Made by a program: the position numbers and the translations under genes. The notes under the pieces are model-generated. The model searched no databases, was not told where the DNA came from, and saw nothing but the letters and a program-made list of their open reading frames with translations. From assembly GCA_964511665.1 (NCBI GenBank), contig CAZEHA010000006.1, forward strand, positions 17,182-81,181: DNA of 64,000 bases. The letters run 5' to 3'. Shown here piece after piece: positions 9,735 to 20,121 of the stretch (position 1 is the stretch's first letter; the number at the start of each line of letters is the position of its first letter). The stretch is from an uncultured Bacteroidales bacterium (GTDB lineage Bacteria; Bacteroidota; Bacteroidia; Bacteroidales; ML635J-15).

Positions 9735-11603
9735 ATGAGAAAAATATGCTTCTTGTTAGTGTTATTCGTGATGTCGTCTCTGGTATTTGCCCAAAAGGTT
9801 GATGTTTCAACAGAGAGCATTACTGTTGATGGAAAGACCTATATTGTTCACACGGTAAAAAAGGGACAAACATTGTATGGAATCAGTAAAGCTTATGGTG
9901 TGAGTATCGACGAAATTGTAGCAACAAATCCCGGTACCGAGAACGGAGTCAAGGCCGGCAGTTCTCTCAGAATCCCGGCCAAAAGTAATGGCAACGAAGC
10001 TGTGGCAACCGAAGATACTACACACTCGATAGGGGGAATAGAACATGTGGTAGAAAAAGGTGAAACAGTTTATGGTATCTGCCGAAAATATAACCTGAGT
10101 GTAAAAGCATTATATGATGCCAATCCCGGTATCCAGGAAGCGGGATTAAAGCCCGGAGACGTTCTTATAATTCCTGAAAGCGATCTGATTTCTGAGCCTG
10201 TTACTATTTCCATTGGCGATGAGTCAGAACCCGGATATTCGTGGCACGAAGTGAAGCGAGGCGAAACGCTATATAGCATATCAAAAAAATATGATGTTGC
10301 CGAATCAGATATTCTGAATTGTAACGACAATCTGGAGCCCAGTAGGTTGAAGGCAGGTCAAAAAATCAAAATTCCACGCACTGTCAATCCGCTTACCGAA
10401 TTTCCCGGTAATTCCGAAAAACAGGTAAGCGAAACTGTAAACGACACAGTGCCGGCAGTTCAAGTGAACGAAGTTGTTTATGCCGAGCCAAAAAGCGAAA
10501 TCGAAGTGTTTTTGTTAATGCCATTCGATACTTACGTAAATACCCGAAACTGGTATAACCAGGAATCGTCGAAGAAAGAAATGACTGTGCTTCCATTGAA
10601 CGAAATGATGTTGGCCTATTACTCCGGTTGTATGATGGCTCTCGATAGTTTGAAAAACTCCGGACTAAAAATCAACCTACATGTATACGATACCGGTAAC
10701 GATACCACGGTGCTGAGCAGTTTAATCGAGAATGGTAGTTTACATAAGGCCGACTTTTTAATCGGCCCCGTGTATTCAAAACAAATAAGTTACCTGAAGA
10801 ATAAGATACCCAAGCATGCAATAATGATAAGTCCATTTGCCGATTACGAAAAGGCAGATGCGGGCAACAATCCGATATTTTGGGCTAATCCCGGCCGAAT
10901 AGGTCGTAACGAAACCATAGCAGCCTATGCGGCTCAACATGCTGATTATAAATATATTATCGTATACAACAACACCGAGGCATCAACCGAAAATGCCAAA
11001 GCATTGCGAAATCTTATTATCGAAAAATCATCGAAAGCCAATCAGGGTAAAGCTGCCGAGGTAAGTCTGATAGCATACTCCGATGCCGGTATTTCAGCCC
11101 TTACAGCATTGATGTCGCCCGATAACCCCAATATTGTTATTGCTACCGAAAAAACCGAAGCACAGGCCTCAGGTCTTATGGCCAAACTGGTGCAAATAAA
11201 AAAAATTGAGGTTCAGCTTATTGGTGAACTATCGTGGCTCGAGTTTAAAAGTGTAGATGCAACATATTACCAGCGACTGAAATTTACCTATGTTACCCCA
11301 TATTGCATCGATTACAGCCGCGAGAATGTAAAACAGTTTGTCAGAAGCTACCGTGATGTATTTTACACTGAACCCATGGAACATTCTTTTGCAGGTTTCG
11401 ACCAAGTGTCTTTCTTTTTGTCGGCTTATGCAAAACATGGTTTTCGGTTTCCTGAATTTATCGAAAAACAAGAACCGTCGAAAGGATTGGTTACTCAGCA
11501 TCAGTTTATTGGCATTTCTGGTTCAGTGCAATACATACAAATGTTCTGCTATCTCATGGCTGTTGACGAAAATTATGAAACTGTCAGGATTTTCCCCGAA
11601 TAA
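9735..11603 (+). CDS. LysM-repeat protein fused to a type-1 periplasmic-binding-protein-like domain
   Basis: ATG at 9735 (the caller's 9726 start is TTG) gives the signal peptide MRKICFLLVLFVMSSLVFA. Three LysM units are present (HTVKKGQTLYGISKAYGV, HVVEKGETVYGICRKYNL, HEVKRGETLYSISKKYDV), followed by a roughly 380-aa PBP-like region. Confidence 0.85.
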   Translation: MRKICFLLVLFVMSSLVFAQKVDVSTESITVDGKTYIVHTVKKGQTLYGISKAYGVSIDEIVATNPGTENGVKAGSSLRIPAKSNGNEAVATEDTTHSIGGIEHVVEKGETVYGICRKYNLSVKALYDANPGIQEAGLKPGDVLIIPESDLISEPVTISIGDESEPGYSWHEVKRGETLYSISKKYDVAESDILNCNDNLEPSRLKAGQKIKIPRTVNPLTEFPGNSEKQVSETVNDTVPAVQVNEVVYAEPKSEIEVFLLMPFDTYVNTRNWYNQESSKKEMTVLPLNEMMLAYYSGCMMALDSLKNSGLKINLHVYDTGNDTTVLSSLIENGSLHKADFLIGPVYSKQISYLKNKIPKHAIMISPFADYEKADAGNNPIFWANPGRIGRNETIAAYAAQHADYKYIIVYNNTEASTENAKALRNLIIEKSSKANQGKAAEVSLIAYSDAGISALTALMSPDNPNIVIATEKTEAQASGLMAKLVQIKKIEVQLIGELSWLEFKSVDATYYQRLKFTYVTPYCIDYSRENVKQFVRSYRDVFYTEPMEHSFAGFDQVSFFLSAYAKHGFRFPEFIEKQEPSKGLVTQHQFIGISGSVQYIQMFCYLMAVDENYETVRIFPE

Positions 11604-11783
11604 GTCTTTGTGCGTGTATAATTTTTTTGAATAATTAGTTTTTTTTTCTATTTTTATGCTGTCTTTCGGAATGTTCCGTAAGCAACTGAATGTTAATTAA
11701 ATCGTCTTTCACATGATTTGAGGCGATTTTGCTTGGGATAAGTAGATAGCTGAATTATTGAAATATTTGAAAATAATTATAAT

Positions 11784-14700
11784 ATGAAATATCGTTTACG
11801 TTTTCACACACTGATTTCGAGTAGTCTTTTTCTTACATTGGCTTTATTGATGTTCAATAATCAATTAAGTGCTCAATGTGGTGGAGGAGGAACACTAGTT
11901 AGTAATTTGACAATGTTGCCTACTTTTCAAACCATCAATGTGAGTGCCGGGCAGCGTTACACATTTACCGCCTATACGCAAACTACCTACTATTTCTCTT
12001 TTTGTCAGGGTGGCGGTTCAACATCAATCGACACGCAATTAGAAATTTGTAATCAGGCGGGTACAGTGGTGTATGCCTACAACGACGACTTTTGCGGATT
12101 GGGTTCCGAGATTATATGGATTGCCCCGGCCAATGGCACCTACAGCGTGGTTATACACCAGCATTATTGCCAGAACAATGGAACGCCTGCTGGCTTACTT
12201 GCATATATGACTATCACACCGCCTAATGCACAAGATTGCTTAGGAGCGATTCCATTGTGTTTTAATACGTATTACACAAATAATTCTTATTCGGGAACTG
12301 GTCATTATCCAAACGAAATACCTACAACCGGAGGTTGCCCCGGCAATTGTATGCTCGCCGGTGAAAGAAACGATGTGTGGTATACTTTTACAACTCAAAC
12401 TGCAGGAACTGTATCGTTTGTAATTACTCCGAACAATAGCTCCGACGACTACGATTGGGCCGTATATAATCTTACAAATCATGATTGTTCAATTATTGCG
12501 ACCAATCCGTCTGCAGTTCAAGTAAGCTGTAATTGGACTGCTACAACAGGGCCAACGGGGCCGAATGGTGGGACCACTTCAACATGCACAGGCTCAAGTG
12601 GGTCGCCGTTTAATGCCGCCCTTACGGTTACGGCAGGTCAAACCTATGTGGTTAATGTTAGCAATTATTCTTCAACGCAATCAGGTTATACAATAACATT
12701 TGGTGGAACCTCTCAAATCCTCGACAATACAAGTCCGGAGTTAGTACAGATTGTTCATGCTCCCGTGTGTGGGTCAAGTGCTCTCACCCTGCAGTTTTCT
12801 GAACAGATTTGGTGTCTCGGTACCGACCCTTCCGATTTTGTAGTTACCGGTCCTTTAGGGGAGTATTCCATCAGCAATGTTTGGGCCCCTGTTTGTGTTG
12901 CCGGTCTCGGTTCTTCCTATGGCGATACCTATTACGATGATTTGTGGACGCTTGAATTCTCCGATTATTTACAACACGATGGCGATTATACTGTTGAAAT
13001 CATTCCATCTTCAATTACCGATATTTGTGGAAATTTTGCCAACCCCAGCATAACTCTTTCGTTTCATATTAATGGTGTGCAAGCCACTTCTTCGGTAATT
13101 CACGGAACAACCTGCTATGGCGGAAGCGATGGTAGTGCTACCATCAATTCAATTTCGGGTGGAACACCGCCTTATACCATTTCATGGCCAAGCGGCGAAA
13201 CTACCCAAACAGCTGTAAATCTCGATGGGGGCACCATATTCGTTACCGTAACCGATAGCACGGGAATTTGTCATAATGTAATGGAGTTGGATATTCCACA
13301 ACCGCCTCCCATAATAGTTGAGGCGGGAACCGATCAAACAATATGTCCGGGACAATCAGTGCCTATTGGGGGATCTCCAACTATTATAAATGGAGTGGCA
13401 CCCTTAACCTATGGTTGGTCTCCGGCAACAGGGTTGTCAGACCCCAACAATCTGAACCCAACAGCAACTCCCATGGCAACCACTACTTATATACTAACGG
13501 TGCAAGATAACACGGGATGCACAGCAGCTGATGCGGTTGTTATTACGGTGCACCCTGCAGCTACGGTCAATCTTGGTCCCGATGCCCAGGTGTGTGTGTC
13601 GAGTTTGCCATTGAATTTGAATGCAGGAGCCGGATTTACAAATTATATTTGGAGTAATCCCGCCTACAATGGTCAACCAAGCATGCCTGTATCGGCTTCG
13701 GGAACCTATTCGGTTACGGTAACCAATTCAAATGGTTGCACCGCTACCGATCAAATAACGGTTACTGTTGTCGATAATCCTGTTGTGAATTTAGGAGCCA
13801 ATCAGGTGGTGTGTAGTTATAACCTTCCTCATGTATTGGATGCGGGAGCCGGTTATTCTGTTTACGACTGGAATGTTGACGCTTACGATGGCAGTCAGAC
13901 TATGCCTGTAACTGCTTCAGGTGTGTATTCTGTTACCGTGTCTGATGCCTATGGGTGCAGTGGTTCGGGGCAGATATCAATAACCGTAGATCCTGCCATA
14001 AACTTAAGTCTTGCTACAGTAGCTCCTCTCTGCAACGGAACTGCAACAGGAACTATTTCGGCAATCGCATCGGGAGGAACACCTCCGTTAAGCTATTTGT
14101 GGAGTAATGGACAAACAGCCTCTGTGATTAACGGGCTCGTTGCCGATGTTGTTTACTCCGTAACCGTGAGCGATGCTGCAGGATGTTCCCTTACTGCTTC
14201 GGCAACCCTGACAGATCCACCGGTACTGCAGGCTGATATTGCTACAAACCCGACTGAATGTGGTGAAGCAATTGGTTCTGCGTCAGTTACGGCAATAGGT
14301 GGCGTAGGGGGGTATACCTACTTGTGGAGCACCGGCGAAAACACCGATAATATTTCGGGTTTGCATCCAGGAGTGCATTATTGCACGGTTACCGATGCAA
14401 ATGGCTGCTCGGTTGTTGCTTCCGAAACGGTTGGGGCATATGGCGAAGGAACTGTGACGCTCAGCCTGCTACAAGGCGTGATGTGTTACGGAAATACAAC
14501 AGGAGTGCTGCAGGCTGCCATGACCGATGGCTTCCCTCCATTTCAATATCAGTGGTCGGGTAGTCCGCAAAACGGTCCCGTTCTCAATAATTTACCTGCA
14601 GGCAACTACTCAGTCACCGTAACCGATGTGTATGGTTGCCCGGGATATGCCAGTTACAGTATTAACCAGCCCGAAGCCATTGTGGTAAGCGAAATTATTG

Positions 14701-15635
14701 AGGATGTGCTGTGTCGTGGTGGTAGCGATGGTTCTATTACACTGAACGTAACAGGCGGGGTAAGTCCATATATTTACAATTGGTCTAACGGCGCTACATC
14801 AAGCCACATTTCATCGCTAACAGCGGGTGCATACAGTGTTGTTATTACCGACTTGAATAACTGTACATATCAGGGATTCTATAATATTTTACAACCCGAA
14901 AAAGCCCTCGATTTATTGCTGTTAACACAGGATGTTATTTGCTATAAGGATAATAACGGAGCGGCACTGGCAACCGGCGATGGAGGAACACCTCCCTATA
15001 CTATAGTCTGGTACAAGCAAGGGGTAATAATAGGCAATGGAAGTGAATTAACCTCATTGCCCGCCGGATCGTATCAAGTAGTTTTAATTGATGCTAATAA
15101 CTGCCAGGCAAATAACTATTTTGCAATTGATCAACCTGCCGAAATAGTTATCACAACCACAATTTCTGCCGCAAGTTGCCGTGGGAACGACGATGGAGAG
15201 GTGGTTGTTGATGTGTATGGTGGTGTGCCTCCCTACGATTACGAATGGAATACCGGCGATTTGATTGCGAACCTCGAAGGTGCACATAGTGGGCAATATT
15301 CGGTTTCGGTTACCGATGCCAATAACTGCACAAAAACACTGAATGTATACATTCCCGAGAGTTCCAAATTGTGTTTGCGCATTCCAAATGCATTTACACC
15401 AAATGGCGATGGCGTAAACGATACCTGGATTATCGAATTTATCGAAAAATATCCGCTGGCCGAAGTGTATGTATTCAATCGCTGGGGACAAAAACTGTAC
15501 GACAAGAAAAACAACACAGGGCACTGGGATGGTTATTATGAGGGGAAACTTGTTCCAACAGGTTCATATACCTACATTGTTGATTTGCGCAATGGTATGG
15601 AACCATTCACAGGAGTTGTTGTGGTAGTACATTAA
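11784..15635 (+). CDS. T9SS type B sorting-domain surface protein with PPC-like N-terminal domains and about ten SprB-type repeats
   Basis: Signal peptide, then repeated units of the form C.G..DGS....ISGGTPPY...W. The C-terminus FTPNGDGVNDTW...VFNRWGQKLY...WDG is the gliding-motility-associated (type B) CTD, approximately 15371-15632. Confidence 0.9.
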   Translation: MKYRLRFHTLISSSLFLTLALLMFNNQLSAQCGGGGTLVSNLTMLPTFQTINVSAGQRYTFTAYTQTTYYFSFCQGGGSTSIDTQLEICNQAGTVVYAYNDDFCGLGSEIIWIAPANGTYSVVIHQHYCQNNGTPAGLLAYMTITPPNAQDCLGAIPLCFNTYYTNNSYSGTGHYPNEIPTTGGCPGNCMLAGERNDVWYTFTTQTAGTVSFVITPNNSSDDYDWAVYNLTNHDCSIIATNPSAVQVSCNWTATTGPTGPNGGTTSTCTGSSGSPFNAALTVTAGQTYVVNVSNYSSTQSGYTITFGGTSQILDNTSPELVQIVHAPVCGSSALTLQFSEQIWCLGTDPSDFVVTGPLGEYSISNVWAPVCVAGLGSSYGDTYYDDLWTLEFSDYLQHDGDYTVEIIPSSITDICGNFANPSITLSFHINGVQATSSVIHGTTCYGGSDGSATINSISGGTPPYTISWPSGETTQTAVNLDGGTIFVTVTDSTGICHNVMELDIPQPPPIIVEAGTDQTICPGQSVPIGGSPTIINGVAPLTYGWSPATGLSDPNNLNPTATPMATTTYILTVQDNTGCTAADAVVITVHPAATVNLGPDAQVCVSSLPLNLNAGAGFTNYIWSNPAYNGQPSMPVSASGTYSVTVTNSNGCTATDQITVTVVDNPVVNLGANQVVCSYNLPHVLDAGAGYSVYDWNVDAYDGSQTMPVTASGVYSVTVSDAYGCSGSGQISITVDPAINLSLATVAPLCNGTATGTISAIASGGTPPLSYLWSNGQTASVINGLVADVVYSVTVSDAAGCSLTASATLTDPPVLQADIATNPTECGEAIGSASVTAIGGVGGYTYLWSTGENTDNISGLHPGVHYCTVTDANGCSVVASETVGAYGEGTVTLSLLQGVMCYGNTTGVLQAAMTDGFPPFQYQWSGSPQNGPVLNNLPAGNYSVTVTDVYGCPGYASYSINQPEAIVVSEIIEDVLCRGGSDGSITLNVTGGVSPYIYNWSNGATSSHISSLTAGAYSVVITDLNNCTYQGFYNILQPEKALDLLLLTQDVICYKDNNGAALATGDGGTPPYTIVWYKQGVIIGNGSELTSLPAGSYQVVLIDANNCQANNYFAIDQPAEIVITTTISAASCRGNDDGEVVVDVYGGVPPYDYEWNTGDLIANLEGAHSGQYSVSVTDANNCTKTLNVYIPESSKLCLRIPNAFTPNGDGVNDTWIIEFIEKYPLAEVYVFNRWGQKLYDKKNNTGHWDGYYEGKLVPTGSYTYIVDLRNGMEPFTGVVVVVH

Positions 15636-15658
15636 TATATATTGTAATTGAAATATCG

Positions 15659-15700
15659 GCCCCTTACGTGTTGAAAAAAACAATATGTAAGGGGCTTTTT
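15659..15700 (+). terminator. intrinsic terminator after the type B cargo gene
   Basis: The 9-bp GC-rich stem gccccttac / gtaaggggc with a long loop is followed by ttttt. Confidence 0.6.
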
Positions 15701-15735
15701 ATTGAAAAAATACTTGTAAAAAAAACTATTAATTT

Positions 15736-15743
15736 TACCTTTG
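15736..15743 (+). promoter_or_regulatory. candidate Bacteroidota -7 box (TACCTTTG) for rseC-rnf
   Basis: It matches TAnnTTTG 22 nt upstream of the ATG at 15766, with cTTG about 20 nt further upstream. Confidence 0.35.
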
Positions 15744-15765
15744 TGTTGTCAATTACAGAAAGCTG

Positions 15766-16185
15766 ATGGGTCGTTCAGGGAGTATAGAACATACAGGAGT
15801 TGTTGCCGAAATTACTGACGCAAGCATTATGGTGAAAGTTTCAGCCCAATCAGCCTGTGTGTCGTGCAAGGCGCATAGCATTTGTGGCGTTGATACAGCA
15901 GAAAAACTTATCGAAGTGAATTGTTGGTCGGGCGATTATACTCCGGGTGAAATTGTGAAATTATATATGAAAGAGTCTTTAGGGATGAAAGCGCTGGCCT
16001 GGGGTTATCTGATACCCTTTGTGCTGGTTTTTTCGGTACTGTTAAGTGTGCTTATTATCACCGAAAGCGAAGGTTTGGCAGGTATTTTATCGGTTTCGAT
16101 AATGTTGCCGTATTTTCTGCTGCTGTATGTTTTTAGAAATCGGTTCAAAAAATCTTTTACATTCGAAATAAGTAAGCTCAAATAA
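15766..16185 (+). CDS. RseC/MucC-family protein (SoxR-reducing-system component), Rnf-associated
   Basis: An N-terminal Cys-rich beta domain (SACVSCKAHSICG) is followed by two TM helices. It sits immediately upstream of rnfB. Confidence 0.8.
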   Translation: MGRSGSIEHTGVVAEITDASIMVKVSAQSACVSCKAHSICGVDTAEKLIEVNCWSGDYTPGEIVKLYMKESLGMKALAWGYLIPFVLVFSVLLSVLIITESEGLAGILSVSIMLPYFLLLYVFRNRFKKSFTFEISKLK

Positions 16186-16197
16186 TCTATTCTAATT

Positions 16198-17073
16198 ATG
16201 GAAGTAGTTCTGTATACTGTTGTCAGTCTGAGTGTTTTGGGAGCTGTGTTAGGGATAGTCCTATTCGTGATTGCGCAAAAATTCAAGGTTGTCGAAGATC
16301 CGCGTATCGACGAAGTTGAAGCAGTGCTTCCCGGTGCCAATTGTGGAGGTTGCGGTTTGCCCGGATGTCGTGGCTTTGCCGAGGCTTGCGTGAAGGCCGA
16401 TGACTTGGGGGCACTGTTCTGCCCTGCCGGCGGAAATGCATGTATGGCTCAGGTGGCTCAGGCCTTAGGCCAGGTTGCTGTTGAAAAAGACCCTATGATT
16501 GCTGTATTGCGTTGCTCGGGCAGCTTCGATAAACGTCCTAAAACAAATCATTACAACAGCGCTCCATCGTGTGCAGTGGCATCTATGCTATACAGTGGCG
16601 ACACCGGTTGCCCAAACGGTTGCCTGGGTATGGGCGATTGTGTTGATGTGTGCACCTTCGATGCCATATACATCGACAATACCACAGGATTGCCTGTGAT
16701 TTCCGATGTCAATTGCACCGCTTGTGGCGCTTGTGTGAAAGCCTGTCCTAAAAATATTATCGAGCTTCGCTTAAAGGGGAAGAAAGACCGACGGATATTT
16801 GTGTCGTGCGTTAATACCGAAAAAGGTGGCATTGCCAAGAAAAGCTGTAGTGTGGCCTGCATTGGCTGCGGACTCTGTGCCAAGGCCTGTGCCTACGATG
16901 CAATTAAAATTGAAAACAATCTGGCTTATATCGATTTCGAAAAATGTAAACTATGCCGCAAATGTGTTGAGGTGTGCCCAACCAATGCCATTCATGAGTT
17001 GAATTTTCCGGCACGGAAACCAAAAGTTTCTGACGATGCCACCATTGCTGAAAAAACAAAAGAAAACGAATAA
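16198..17073 (+). CDS. rnfB: Rnf complex subunit B (polyferredoxin)
   Basis: An N-terminal membrane helix, the CGGCGLPGC motif, and several CxxCxxCxxxCP 4Fe-4S motifs. Confidence 0.9.
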   Translation: MEVVLYTVVSLSVLGAVLGIVLFVIAQKFKVVEDPRIDEVEAVLPGANCGGCGLPGCRGFAEACVKADDLGALFCPAGGNACMAQVAQALGQVAVEKDPMIAVLRCSGSFDKRPKTNHYNSAPSCAVASMLYSGDTGCPNGCLGMGDCVDVCTFDAIYIDNTTGLPVISDVNCTACGACVKACPKNIIELRLKGKKDRRIFVSCVNTEKGGIAKKSCSVACIGCGLCAKACAYDAIKIENNLAYIDFEKCKLCRKCVEVCPTNAIHELNFPARKPKVSDDATIAEKTKENE

Positions 17074-17101
17074 CGATAACGCTTAATAAACAGGAGGTAA
17101 C

Positions 17102-18436
17102 GTGTTAAAAACTTTTCCAACAGGTGGCGTTCATCCTGCCGAGAACAAACTTTCGGCAGGAAAGACCATTGTTAAGATGGATCCGCCAAAAACAGTTGTT
17201 GTTCCCGTGTCGCAACACATTGGTGCGCCGGCACAGGCTGTGGTTGCCAAAGGCGACAAGGTAATGGTTGGGCAGCTTATTGCAAAAAGCGGAGGTTTTG
17301 TTTCGGCCAACATCCATGCTCCGGTTTCGGGAACAGTGGTTAAGGTCGACAAAATGCCCGACTCTACGGGTTATAAACAAATGTGTGTAGTTATCGATAC
17401 TGCAGGCGATGAATGGCTGCCCGACATCGACCGTTCGGCCGATTTAATTACCGAAATATCGGTGCCCGATGGCGAAATTGCAGCCAAAATTGCCGCTGCA
17501 GGTATTGTTGGTATGGGAGGAGCCGGTTTTCCCACGCATGTAAAAATGACTGTACCTCCCGGTAAAAAAGCTTCGCATCTCGTTATTAATGCTGTTGAAT
17601 GCGAGCCCTATCTTACCAGCGACCATCAGTTGATGATGGAAAAAGCCAACGAAATAATTATCGGTTGCCTCATTATGCAACGTGCTATTGCTGCAACACA
17701 AACCATAATTGGCATCGAAAACAACAAGCCCGATGCCATTAAACACCTCACCGAAACAGCCGCAAAATATAGCAGCAGCATCGTGGTGCAGGGTTTAAAA
17801 GTAAAATATCCGCAAGGTGGCGAAAAACAGCTGATAAAAGCGGTTGTTAAGCGTGAAGTTCCATCGGGTGGATTGCCAATTGATGTGGGCTGCGTGGTTC
17901 AAAACGTGGGAACCGCCTATGCTGTGTACGAAGCAATTCAGAAAAACAAACCGGTGATAGAACGCGTGGTAAGCGTTACAGGTAAGTCGTTGCAAAACCC
18001 CGTTAACCTGTTGGCGCGCATTGGTACTCCTATTTCTGAGCTTATTGAAGCAGCAGGCGGTTTACCCGAAAATACCGCTAAAATTGTAAATGGTGGCCCT
18101 ATGATGGGTAAAGCCGTAGCCGATGTCAGTGTACCGGTTACCAAAACTACCTCAGGAGTGCTTATTATCAGTGAGTTGGAAGCACTCCGCCCCGAACAAT
18201 TTAATTGTATTCGTTGTGCGCGTTGTGTTGGCGTTTGTCCCATGAGTCTTGAACCTTACCTGCTTAAAAATCTGGTAAATATTTCGGAATGGGAAGCCTT
18301 GCAACCCGAGAGGGTACTCGATTGCATCGAGTGCGGATCGTGCAGTTATACCTGTGTGGCAGGTATTCCATTGCTCGATTATATTCGTTTGGGTAAAGCC
18401 AATTTAAATAAAATATTAAGATCAAGAAAATCGTAA
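17102..18436 (+). CDS. rnfC: Rnf complex subunit C
   Basis: GTG start with AGGAGG 5 nt upstream. It has the GMGGAGFPTHVK motif and two C-terminal CxxCxxCxxxCP clusters. Confidence 0.92.
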   Translation: MLKTFPTGGVHPAENKLSAGKTIVKMDPPKTVVVPVSQHIGAPAQAVVAKGDKVMVGQLIAKSGGFVSANIHAPVSGTVVKVDKMPDSTGYKQMCVVIDTAGDEWLPDIDRSADLITEISVPDGEIAAKIAAAGIVGMGGAGFPTHVKMTVPPGKKASHLVINAVECEPYLTSDHQLMMEKANEIIIGCLIMQRAIAATQTIIGIENNKPDAIKHLTETAAKYSSSIVVQGLKVKYPQGGEKQLIKAVVKREVPSGGLPIDVGCVVQNVGTAYAVYEAIQKNKPVIERVVSVTGKSLQNPVNLLARIGTPISELIEAAGGLPENTAKIVNGGPMMGKAVADVSVPVTKTTSGVLIISELEALRPEQFNCIRCARCVGVCPMSLEPYLLKNLVNISEWEALQPERVLDCIECGSCSYTCVAGIPLLDYIRLGKANLNKILRSRKS

Positions 18437-18440
18437 AGCT

Positions 18441-19445
18441 ATGGCATTGAACAGATTGATAGTATCTATGTCGCCACATGATTATGGAAGCGATTCCGTA
18501 AGAAAAATCATGTTTTGGGTGGTTGCAGCCATGTTGCCGGCATTTGCCGTGTCGGTGGTGTTTTTTGGGCTCGATGCAATTCGGGTGAATGCAATTGCCA
18601 TTGCGGCCTGTGTGTTTTTCGAATGGCTCATTCAAAAGTTTCTGATAAAAGGTAAAAACACCATTTCAGATGGTTCGGCAATTGTTACCGGTATGTTGCT
18701 GGCATTCAATGTTCCATCGAATCTTCCCTGGTGGATTATTGTTATTGGATCGTTGGTAGCCATAGGTATCGGAAAAATGTCGTTTGGTGGTTTAGGCAAC
18801 AATCCTTTTAACCCTGCATTGGTGGGGCGGGTATTTATGCTTATATCGTTTCCGGTGCAAATGACGTCATGGCCAACAGTGCAGGTGTTGAATTTTGCAG
18901 CCACCGATGCACAAACCGGAGCAACACCCCTGGCCATTGTGAAAGAAGGCCTCAAAAACGGACAGCCTTTCTCCGAAATTATGTCGGGTATGCCCAATAT
19001 ATACACCGATGCCCTCATGGGACAGGTAGGTGGGTCGCTCGGAGAAATATCGGCACTGGCTCTTTTGGTGGGCGGATTGATAATGCTTATCCGAAAAATA
19101 ATAACCTGGCATATACCGGTAGCAGTGCTGGGTAGTATTGCTTTGTTTACCGGAGTACTTCATTTGGTTGACCCAAATGCTTTTGCCGACCCTGCATTTC
19201 ATTTGCTTACCGGAGGTGTTATGTTGGGAGCCGTTTTCATGGCCACCGATATGGTAACTTCGCCGATGACTCCCAAGGGTATGATTATATTTGGTGTCGG
19301 CATAGGTGTAATAACGGTGCTTATAAGGGTTTGGGGTGCATATCCCGAAGGTATTTCGTTTGCCATACTGATTATGAATTCGGTGGTGCCTTTGATAAAT
19401 ACCTGGGCAAAGCCCAAACGTTTTGGTGAAATTATTAAAAAGTAA
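18441..19445 (+). CDS. rnfD: Rnf complex subunit D
   Basis: Polytopic membrane protein with the FMATDMVTSP flavin-attachment region, in conserved operon position. Confidence 0.92.
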   Translation: MALNRLIVSMSPHDYGSDSVRKIMFWVVAAMLPAFAVSVVFFGLDAIRVNAIAIAACVFFEWLIQKFLIKGKNTISDGSAIVTGMLLAFNVPSNLPWWIIVIGSLVAIGIGKMSFGGLGNNPFNPALVGRVFMLISFPVQMTSWPTVQVLNFAATDAQTGATPLAIVKEGLKNGQPFSEIMSGMPNIYTDALMGQVGGSLGEISALALLVGGLIMLIRKIITWHIPVAVLGSIALFTGVLHLVDPNAFADPAFHLLTGGVMLGAVFMATDMVTSPMTPKGMIIFGVGIGVITVLIRVWGAYPEGISFAILIMNSVVPLINTWAKPKRFGEIIKK

Positions 19446-19449
19446 AGCC

Positions 19450-20118
19450 ATGGCAAAGAAAGAAAGTACATTTTTAAATATGACGCTCACCCTGTTCGTT
19501 ATTACAGCATTAGCAGGTGCTGCGCTAAGTTTCGTATATACACTAACCAAGGAACCCATCGATCAGGCAAAGGCAGCCAAACTGAAAAATGCCATCAATG
19601 TGGTGGTGCCCGGCGCCGATAAAGGCGAAATTGAAGAGAACAGTGTTGCAGCGGTAGATGGAGCCGGTGAGTTAACTTTTTACAACGTAAAAGTAAATGG
19701 AGAAACTTTGGGAACAGCGGTAAAGACCTTCTCTAATAATGGTTTCAGTGGTTTGATAGTGGTTATGGTCGGTTTCGACAGCAATGGTAATATTATCGAT
19801 TCTAACATGCTGGAGCATAAAGAAACTCCGGGTCTGGGCGATAAAACCGACAACAAGGTGAGCAACTGGAATGAGCAGTTTAAAGGTAAAAATCCTAGTG
19901 AGTTTATTCTTAAAGTTAAAAAAGACGGAGGCAGTGTCGATGCTATTACTGCAGCTACCATAACATCGCGGGCTTATTGCGATGCCATTCAACGTGCCTA
20001 CGATACTTTTATGAAGAACGCTGCGGGGCAGAATACTGAGGAAGTCGATACCGATGCCTCTGATGCCGATAATACCGAAACAAACGAAATTGTGGAATCA
20101 AACCAAAAGGAGGATTAA
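19450..20118 (+). CDS. rnfG: Rnf complex subunit G (FMN-binding), with an acidic C-terminal tail
   Basis: ATG at 19450 (MAKKESTF) is preferred to the 19423 caller start. It has the ETPGLGDK and VDAITAATITS FMN_bind motifs. Confidence 0.88.
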   Translation: MAKKESTFLNMTLTLFVITALAGAALSFVYTLTKEPIDQAKAAKLKNAINVVVPGADKGEIEENSVAAVDGAGELTFYNVKVNGETLGTAVKTFSNNGFSGLIVVMVGFDSNGNIIDSNMLEHKETPGLGDKTDNKVSNWNEQFKGKNPSEFILKVKKDGGSVDAITAATITSRAYCDAIQRAYDTFMKNAAGQNTEEVDTDASDADNTETNEIVESNQKED

Positions 20119-20121
20119 GAT

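Noticed and set aside
18867-19559. 230-aa minus-strand ORF (similar long antisense ORFs at 21179-21685, 43455-44075 and 55070-55615)
   Set aside because: All lie fully inside strongly supported genes on the other strand (rnfD/rnfG, rnfA/mazG, the giant gene, the FAD/Fe-S gene). They have Cys/His/Arg-rich shadow-frame composition.
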